Source: Sumerlaeia bacterium (lineage in GTDB: Bacteria > Sumerlaeota > Sumerlaeia > SLMS01 > JAHLLQ01). Taken from it: 64,000 nt of DNA. The stretch's first letter is position 1; the number at the start of each line of letters is the position of its first letter. The position numbers and the translations under genes are program-made. The stretch spans positions 160,001-224,000 of the forward strand of contig JAVJSW010000046.1 of NCBI GenBank assembly GCA_040219255.1, written 5' to 3'. The notes beneath the pieces are model-generated. The model made no database searches, had not been told where the DNA came from, and was given only the letters and a program-made list of their open reading frames with translations. Shown piece after piece: positions 57,505 to 64,000 of the stretch.

Positions 57505-58074
57505 TCAATCCACCAGACCCTCGGGGATCTTGACTTCGACCCGGCCATCGGCGATGGCCACACGGGCCACGAATTCCGGGTGGATGGGGAGGTATGTTTC
57601 TTTACCCTTGGCGGCGTTGAGGTCCAAAATCAGGTAATCGTGGGCGGCGCCTTCGCGGGCGTCGGAGACAACGCCGAGGCGTTCGCCGCTGGCGGCATCG
57701 ACCACGTCGAGTCCCCGCAGGTCATCGACGAAGAATTCGCCTTCGGGCAGTTCCCAGCGTTCCTCCTCCGGAATCACGAAATCGCAGTTCGTGTATTGCT
57801 CGGCGGCGGTGCGGTCGAGGATTTCCTCGAAGGTGGCGTGGATGACGTCTTTGACGATTTTGGCTTCGAGAAGATGGTATTCTTCGGGGCCGACGCGCCC
57901 CTGGCGGCGGAGAAAAAAGCGGTCGGGGGCGAATTCGAGGAAATCTTCCGGGGTGCGGGTGATGGCCTTCAGGCGCATCGTGCCGCGGAGGCCGTGGGGG
58001 CGCAGGATATGAGCCACAACGACCCACTTGTCGTCGTCTTGGGGGCGGCGGCGGCGGGGCGCAGGTTCAGTCAT
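57505..58074 (-). CDS. rimM: 16S rRNA processing protein RimM
   Basis: PHGLRG, DR..AE, LPEGEFF..DL.G, PRC barrel; synteny. Confidence 0.92.
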   Translation of the reverse strand: MTEPAPRRRRPQDDDKWVVVAHILRPHGLRGTMRLKAITRTPEDFLEFAPDRFFLRRQGRVGPEEYHLLEAKIVKDVIHATFEEILDRTAAEQYTNCDFVIPEEERWELPEGEFFVDDLRGLDVVDAASGERLGVVSDAREGAAHDYLILDLNAAKGKETYLPIHPEFVARVAIADGRVEVKIPEGLVD

Positions 58075-58370
58075 TCGAGGATTTTGAGGAGCGACGTCTT
58101 CTTCTGCTTGGTGGCGGCGGCGTGCAGAATCTTGCGCAGAGCGGAAGCCGTCTGTCCCCCCTTGCCGATGACCTTGCCTACGTCGCTCTTGTCGACTTTG
58201 AGTTCGATGATCACGCTGGTTTCCGTCTCAATGGAGTCGACGGAGACGTTCTTGGGATCGTCCACGAGGGCCTTGGCGATGAAATCGATGAGGTCCTTGA
58301 GATCGGGATCGATGTAGTCCTCGTTCGACGAGGAGGTGTTTGGGGTATCCGACTCTCGTGTTTTCGACAT
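58071..58370 (-). CDS. khpA: KH-domain RNA-binding protein
   Basis: LVDDP..V and D.GKVIGKGG.T..ALR motifs; lies between rpsP and rimM. Confidence 0.9.
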   Translation of the reverse strand: MSKTRESDTPNTSSSNEDYIDPDLKDLIDFIAKALVDDPKNVSVDSIETETSVIIELKVDKSDVGKVIGKGGQTASALRKILHAAATKQKKTSLLKILE

Positions 58371-58507
58371 GGTTGCGCGTGCCTTTAGGGGAACTGGTTA
58401 AATACAGGGGCGAGACGTAGGAGGTACGACTAGAGAGGAGCGTTAGCGAAACTTGTGCGATAAGGCGATGGAAAAACGCCTGAGTGTCAAGAATTGATTT
58501 GTTGGAC

Positions 58508-58810
58508 TTAGGCGGTGGCGGCTTTTTGCTCCGCCTTGGCGGCTTTCTTCTGGTCGTCGTAGGTCTTCATGACGCCGGCCTTGCGCAGGATCGAGCGGAC
58601 CGTGTCGGTGGGCTGGGCGCCCTGGTGGAGCCAGTAGAGAGCGCGTTCTTCGAAGATTTCGATCTGCTTGGCGGCTTCCGACTGGAGGGGCTGGTAGCGG
58701 CCCACGATTTCGATGAACTTGCCATCGCGCTTGCGGCGCGAATCCGCCACCACGACGCGGTAGAAGGGGGCTTTGCGGCGGCCGATGCGGGTGAGACGAA
58801 TCTTAACCAT
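58508..58810 (-). CDS. rpsP: 30S ribosomal protein S16
   Basis: VKIRL.R.G...[14 protein letters not shown] and GAQPTDTV motifs. Confidence 0.98.
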   Translation of the reverse strand: MVKIRLTRIGRRKAPFYRVVVADSRRKRDGKFIEIVGRYQPLQSEAAKQIEIFEERALYWLHQGAQPTDTVRSILRKAGVMKTYDDQKKAAKAEQKAATA

Positions 58811-58903
58811 GGTTCTAGGGGTCCTTGTATCAGGGAGGGGTTTGGAGTCTTAGGGCGCACCCAGGGCGCGCGCCTTGAAAGGTCTTGAGCCGTGAAGAGC
58901 ACC

Positions 58904-60412
58904 TTACTTGCGGCGCTTCTTCTTGTTCTTCTTCTTGGTCATCGAGGCCGGGCGGGCGGTCCGCTCCTGGGCCTTCATCATGCGCTTATACTTCTTGATG
59001 TCGCGGGGATTGGGTTCGGCGCCGGGGGGCATGCCGCCCATCAACTGGGACGGGTCGGGCATTCCGCCGCCGCCAAACATCCCCTTGGCTTTGTCCAGCA
59101 TGCCAGCGCCCATCATCTGCTGCATCGCGCCGCGCATCTGCTCGAACTGTTTCACCAGGTTGTTCACATCGACCAGTTGGTGTCCGCTGCCCTTGGCGAT
59201 GCGCTGGCGGCGGGTGCCTTCATTACGGACGAGTTCAGGGTTGCTGCGCTCCTGCTCAGTCATCGACAGGATCATCGCCTCGACCCTCTTGAGGTTGTTG
59301 GTCAGGTCCTCGTTGTCGACATTCTTGAGCGCGTTCCCCATGCCAGGCAGCATGCCGAGGAGTCCCTTGAGGGAGCCCATGCGGCGGATCATTTTCATCT
59401 GGCCGAGGAAGTCGTCGTAGCTGAATTTGCCACTACCCATCTTTTCCTGCATGGACAAGGCGTCTTCTTCGCTGAACGCCTCCTGGGCCTTTTCCACCAG
59501 ACTGACGACATCGCCCATGCCGAGGATGCGCTGGGCGGCGCGATCAGGGTGGAAGAGTTCGAGGTCCGAGGACTTCTCACCCACACCGACGAAAACGATC
59601 GGCTTGCCGGTGACGGCTTTGATGGAGAGCGCCGCGCCGCCGCGGGCGTCGCCGTCGAGCTTGGTGAGGCAAACGCCGTCGATGCCGACTTCCTCGTTGA
59701 AGCCCTTGGCGCTGTTGACGGCGTCCTGGCCGGTCATGGCGTCGGCGACGAGGAAGGTGTAGTCGGGGCGGACGGTCTGCTTGATGGCGGTCAATTCGTC
59801 CATCTTGACTTCGTCGATTTGCAGGCGGCCGGCGGTGTCGATGATGAGCGAGTCGAGACCGTTGGCGTCGGCGTATTTTTCGGCGGCGGCGATGATTTCG
59901 AGGACGGGTTTATCGGTGCCGAGTTCGAAGACCGGAATGTTCAGGGCGCCGCCGACCTGCTTGATTTGTTCGACGGCGGCGGGGCGGTAGACGTCGCAGG
60001 CGACCAGAAGCGGCTTGCACTTCTTCTCGCGCAGGTGGTTCGCCAGCTTGCCGGAGAAAGTCGTCTTGCCCGAACCCTGGAGGCCGAGCAGCAGGATGCG
60101 GTTGCGCTTTCCGGGCTGGACGACGAATTCGACGTCCGTGTCCGGGTCTCCAGTCATGACGCGGACGAGTTCCTTGTGGACGATGGAGAAAAGCTGCTGG
60201 GCCGGGTTAACGCCCTTGACGATGTCTTCGCCGATGGCGCGTTCGCGGACGCGGCTCACGAAGTCTTTGACGACGAGGTAATTGACGTCGGCTTCCAGGA
60301 GCGCGAGGCGGACCTCGCGCATCGCGTCCTTGATGTTGTCCTCCGTCAGGGTTTTCTGACCCCGGAGTTTACGGAAAACGCCCTCGAATTTTTCGCCTAG
60401 GGATTCGAACAA
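58904..60412 (-). CDS. ffh: Signal recognition particle protein
   Basis: ALLEADV, GLQGSGKTT, DTAGR, TKLDGDARGG, RILGMGD motifs; Met-rich M domain. Confidence 0.98.
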   Translation of the reverse strand: MFESLGEKFEGVFRKLRGQKTLTEDNIKDAMREVRLALLEADVNYLVVKDFVSRVRERAIGEDIVKGVNPAQQLFSIVHKELVRVMTGDPDTDVEFVVQPGKRNRILLLGLQGSGKTTFSGKLANHLREKKCKPLLVACDVYRPAAVEQIKQVGGALNIPVFELGTDKPVLEIIAAAEKYADANGLDSLIIDTAGRLQIDEVKMDELTAIKQTVRPDYTFLVADAMTGQDAVNSAKGFNEEVGIDGVCLTKLDGDARGGAALSIKAVTGKPIVFVGVGEKSSDLELFHPDRAAQRILGMGDVVSLVEKAQEAFSEEDALSMQEKMGSGKFSYDDFLGQMKMIRRMGSLKGLLGMLPGMGNALKNVDNEDLTNNLKRVEAMILSMTEQERSNPELVRNEGTRRQRIAKGSGHQLVDVNNLVKQFEQMRGAMQQMMGAGMLDKAKGMFGGGGMPDPSQLMGGMPPGAEPNPRDIKKYKRMMKAQERTARPASMTKKKNKKKRRK

Positions 60413-60430
60413 AGCCTACGGTTCCTCTTC

Positions 60431-60844
60431 TTAAACGTCGTCCTCGGTGCGATGAGCCACGCTGGGTGGCGTAGCGGTGTCTTCGATTTTCTGAGCGATG
60501 GCGTGGAGTCGTTGCGCGATGGCGGGAATCTGGCCCGCGAGTTCATGCAGTTCGCCCGAAAGTTCCATCAGGGTCTGTTGCCGTTCGAGAAGGCCGAGCT
60601 TCTCGTCATAATTTTCCAGCGCCGCCGTCGCCTGCTTGACCGAGTCGTGGACCGCCTGACGGGAGACCTGCAGCACGCGAGCGATTTCGCCAAAGGATTC
60701 GTCGTCCTCGAAATGCCGGGAGAGCGAGCTGAACTGGCGCTCGGTCAGGAGATTGCCGTAGATGTCGGCCAACTGGGAAATGCGAACGATTTCCTGGAGC
60801 TTTCTTCCGCGGCTGTTGTCCGAATCCGTTTTCGACTGCGTCAT
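60431..60844 (-). CDS. ylxM: YlxM-like sigma70-r4 HTH protein
   Basis: YG.LLTERQ...D.S..EIA....VSRQAVHD...L..Y..KL.L; directly upstream of ffh. Confidence 0.85.
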   Translation of the reverse strand: MTQSKTDSDNSRGRKLQEIVRISQLADIYGNLLTERQFSSLSRHFEDDESFGEIARVLQVSRQAVHDSVKQATAALENYDEKLGLLERQQTLMELSGELHELAGQIPAIAQRLHAIAQKIEDTATPPSVAHRTEDDV

Positions 60845-61022
60845 GTGGCGTTGTCCCGCGGACCTGCGCGCGGCGCGCGATTTGTTCCCGCCGGTGGAAA
60901 GGTCTCCGCCGGAAGGAGCGGGAGGTTAGTGCAGCCGGGGGAGGGCTTGTCAAGTGGCAGTGGTTGGCACGGGTGATTTTATTTTCTCCCGCCTGCGGGG
61001 AGCGCGCGGGACGCGGTTCGGC

Positions 61023-62336
61023 TTAGGCGGAAAGACCGATGCGATCGAGGATGAGCGGCAGCGGGTCCGCCGGTTCCTCACCGAGGACGATCGCCTCGGC
61101 CAGCATCGTTCGGCAGGCCTCCAGACCTCGGCCGTCGCGGTGGACGATGGTGACCAGCGGGTCGCCCTGGGCGACGCGGTCGCCGACGTGGGCGTGGATT
61201 TCGAGCCCGACGCCGGGGTCTACTTCGTCGGTGGTTTTGATGCGGCCGGCACCGAGAGTGTTCGCCGCCACGCCAATCTGACGGGTGTTCATGGCGGAGA
61301 CGACGCCATCGCGAGGGGCGGTGAGGAGCTCGCGGCCGCTTGCCAGGGGCAGGAGCGAGGGGTCGTCGACGATGCTCGGGTCGCCGCCCTGGGCTTCGGT
61401 CCAGGCGATGAATTTCTCCAGAGCGGCACCGCTGTCGAGCTTCCCGGCCAGGAGCTTGTAGGCCGCCTCCGGATCGGGGGCCAGACCGCCGAGGACCACC
61501 ATCTCGGCACCGAGACGCAGGGTGACTTCGCGCGAGTCGCCGGGGCCGGCGCCTTTGAGGATTTCGATGGTTTCCAGGACTTCCAGGCTGTTGCCCACCA
61601 TGCGGCCGAGGGGCTGGCTCATTTGCGTGATCAGCGTGGCCATGTTGAGGCCCAGCGCGGTCCCGATGGCGACCAGGGACTCGGCGAGGGCGCGAGCCTG
61701 ATCGAGGGTTGGCATGAAGGCGCCGCTGCCGCACTTGACATCCATCACGAGGCCTTCGGCTCCGGACGCGCTTTTCTTCGAGAGGATGGAGCCGCTGATG
61801 AGGGGGATGCTCTCGACCGTGGCGGTGACGTCGCGCAGGGCGTAAAGGCGCTTGTCGGCGGGAACGAAGTCAGCGGTCTGGCCGACGATGGCGCAGCCGA
61901 CCTTGCGCAGGACGGCTTTGAATTCGTCCTGACCCAGGTTCCAACGATAGCCGGGAATGCTGTCGAGTTTGTCGAGCGTCCCTCCGGTGTGGCCGAGGCC
62001 ACGGCCGCTGACCATAGGATCGACGAGACCGGCGCTGGCGACGAGGGGGGCGAGGACGAGGGAGACTTTGTCGCCGACGCCGCCGGTGGAATGCTTGTCC
62101 ACCTTGGGACCTTCGATGTCGGAAAGGTCGTAGACGGTGCCGCTGTTGCGCATCACGCGGGTCAGGGCGGCGGCTTCCTCCGGCGCCATGCCGCGGAAGA
62201 AGACCGCCATGAGGAAGGCGGAGATCTGGTATTCTTCGACTTCGTTGCGGACATAGCCGCCGATCAGGTCCTCGATCTGTTGAGGCGTCAGGCTGCCGCC
62301 TTCGCGTTTGATGCGGATGAGTTCGGGGACGTTCAT
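61023..62336 (-). CDS. Thymidine/pyrimidine-nucleoside phosphorylase
   Basis: VDKHSTGGVGDK, SGRGLGHTGGTLDKL, YALRDVTATV and DVKCGSGAFM motifs. Confidence 0.95.
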   Translation of the reverse strand: MNVPELIRIKREGGSLTPQQIEDLIGGYVRNEVEEYQISAFLMAVFFRGMAPEEAAALTRVMRNSGTVYDLSDIEGPKVDKHSTGGVGDKVSLVLAPLVASAGLVDPMVSGRGLGHTGGTLDKLDSIPGYRWNLGQDEFKAVLRKVGCAIVGQTADFVPADKRLYALRDVTATVESIPLISGSILSKKSASGAEGLVMDVKCGSGAFMPTLDQARALAESLVAIGTALGLNMATLITQMSQPLGRMVGNSLEVLETIEILKGAGPGDSREVTLRLGAEMVVLGGLAPDPEAAYKLLAGKLDSGAALEKFIAWTEAQGGDPSIVDDPSLLPLASGRELLTAPRDGVVSAMNTRQIGVAANTLGAGRIKTTDEVDPGVGLEIHAHVGDRVAQGDPLVTIVHRDGRGLEACRTMLAEAIVLGEEPADPLPLILDRIGLSA

Positions 62337-62525
62337 GGCGAGATGGCTCGGAGCGGAAGTGGGGGAGGGCGAGCGGAGGCGCACCCTTGCAAAACCCGCA
62401 GGGCACCAAAAGGGTGGCTCGGACGCAAGTCGGGTTTGCGCTATGCAAGTTGACACGCGGGAGTCCGCGAAACAATCTCTGTACATGAGTTTAATCTCTG
62501 AATAATGAGACATTGGAGATCCGCG

Positions 62526-64000
62526 ATGCGAATGCCACGAACTTTCCTGATGAGCCTTGCCCTGCTGGGCCTGATGGCCTTGGCCCATGCCAATTCCCCG
62601 GAGTTTTACGAGAGCGATGGATCGCTCGGAAACTTGTTCCTGCCAGCCACCGAGGACGTGCTGATCGACACGGACGCCAACCCGCCAACGATGTTCTTGC
62701 AGGAGCGGCCCCCGGTGCGGGGGCGCGTGGCCGAGGGCGTCGCGGTGTTCGACTTCGTGCGGATCGACGTGTCGTCCTCGACGAAGATCCGGGTGACGGG
62801 CAAACGGCCCCTGTTGATCGCGGCGAGCACGGACATGTCGTGGCGTGCTGTGGTAAGCGTTTCCGGCGAAGAGACAGGCCGGGCCGGCGGCGCCATGGGC
62901 GGTAACGGCGGCACGGGAGCCGTGGGCAGCAGCGGCAGCACCGGGGGCGCCGGAGGCGTGGGCGAGGGGGGCGAAGGCGGAACGCGCGGCGCCCATACGG
63001 ATGAAACGGCCGAGCCAGGCTCCCGGGGGAACGTGGGCGATGGGGAAAAAGCGGATGACGTGGCGGCTCCGGGCCAGACGGCGACGAGCGGCGAGGCGCC
63101 GGGGTTCGCTTTCGGCCAGGACAGCGTGCTGACGAACGGGGGCCAGGGCGGCAACGGAGGCTCGGCGGTGCTGGGCGTGGCCGGGGGCGCGGGCACGGGC
63201 GTGCCAGGCGCAGGCGGAGCGGAGGGACGCACGTCGACCCTGGGCAACAACGATGGCACGATGGGCGGAAACGGCCTCAACGGCGAGTCGGGCGGCCAGC
63301 CCGGTCCGGAAGGCAATCCCGGCAGTCCTGGACAGGTGGGCCGCAATGGTGACGATGGGGCCTTTCCGGTCGCCGCCGATCCGTTCCGCCTGATCGGTGG
63401 CGCGGCCGGTGCGGGCGGCGGCGGCGGCGGCGGCGGGGCCGGTGCGTCCGGCGGTGGGGGAGGCGGTTCCGGCGGCGGTGGCGGCGGAGGCGGAGGCGGC
63501 GGTGCGCGGCTGGTCTGCGAGACGTGCACCACGTTTGGCGGCCATGGCGGCGACGGTGGCGATTCGCACGGCGGCCAGGGGGGCCGGGGTGGCAACGGTG
63601 GCCGGGGCGGCAACGGTGGCGATGGGGGCAACGGCGGCGGCGTGATCGTGTTTTCGGCGAAGGGGCTGATGAACATGCGGGGCAACGCGATGATCGACAT
63701 TTCGGCGACCGCTCCGCAGGCCGGGGTGGAGGGCCAGCAAGGCACCACCGGCGAAATCGGCAGCGCCGGCTTCACCAGCCCCCCGAGCAACGGAACGAAC
63801 CCGAGCCCGAACTCGAACTCTGGCTATCGCGGCGGCAATGGCGGCAGCGCGGGCCTCGGCGCGCGGGGTGGCACCGGTGGACGCGGCGGCCGAGGCGGCA
63901 ACGGCGGACGGGGGGGATTCGCGGCGCCGGGGATGATCGTACTGCACGGCGCGGTGATCGACTGTGGCGAAGGCCAGGTGGTCTGCAACAACCACCGGGA
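62526..64000 (+). CDS. Secreted glycine-rich protein, 3' truncated by window
   Basis: Manually translated open frame MRMPRTFLMSLALLGLMALAHA... running to the window end, with GGxGGx repeats and poly-Gly; ggag RBS; missing from the ORF track because it has no stop codon. Confidence 0.85.
   Translation, partial: MRMPRTFLMSLALLGLMALAHANSPEFYESDGSLGNLFLPATEDVLIDTDANPPTMFLQERPPVRGRVAEGVAVFDFVRIDVSSSTKIRVTGKRPLLIAASTDMSWRAVVSVSGEETGRAGGAMGGNGGTGAVGSSGSTGGAGGVGEGGEGGTRGAHTDETAEPGSRGNVGDGEKADDVAAPGQTATSGEAPGFAFGQDSVLTNGGQGGNGGSAVLGVAGGAGTGVPGAGGAEGRTSTLGNNDGTMGGNGLNGESGGQPGPEGNPGSPGQVGRNGDDGAFPVAADPFRLIGGAAGAGGGGGGGGAGASGGGGGGSGGGGGGGGGGGARLVCETCTTFGGHGGDGGDSHGGQGGRGGNGGRGGNGGDGGNGGGVIVFSAKGLMNMRGNAMIDISATAPQAGVEGQQGTTGEIGSAGFTSPPSNGTNPSPNSNSGYRGGNGGSAGLGARGGTGGRGGRGGNGGRGGFAAPGMIVLHGAVIDCGEGQVVCNNHR

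Noticed and set aside
60890-60930. SRP RNA near ffh (ccggaagg)
   Set aside because: Lacks the surrounding conserved CAGG...GGAA...AGCAGC helix context
62337-63995. 990-aa N-terminally extended nucleoside phosphorylase
   Set aside because: The extension is the antisense shadow of the Gly-rich gene; the enzyme starts at MNVPELI (62336)

Overview
GC-rich bacterial chromosome segment from a diderm (lpxB present). Gene style suggests an understudied lineage such as Ca. Sumerlaeota/BRC1, but this is inference only. The window is mostly core genome. From left to right it holds the tail of a Wzy-type exopolysaccharide locus (epimerase, GT4, TPR protein, Wzy/ligase, Wza, Wzc), an orphan methyltransferase/FAD-oxidoreductase pair, trmH, a 6S-like structured RNA before ispG, a frameshifted FHA-Ser/Thr kinase, purH, and an efp-GT4-Cys-rich-phoD operon. 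Next come dapA, an FG-GAP surface protein, carbamate kinase, and tRNA-Trp-secE-nusG-rplKAJL-rpoBC, where rpoB carries an in-frame TAG. The right end has a CarH/LitR-like B12 photoreceptor cluster, der-lpxB-gnnA-like-ubiA, rimM-khpA-rpsP-ffh-ylxM, a pyrimidine nucleoside phosphorylase, and the start of a glycine-rich secreted protein. No CRISPR array, transposase or prophage was seen. The most notable items are a PhoD homologue with its Fe ligands systematically replaced, a family of short REP-like repeats (one copy absorbed into lpxB), the 6S-like RNA, the light-response cluster, and the rpoB internal stop (probably a sequence error).
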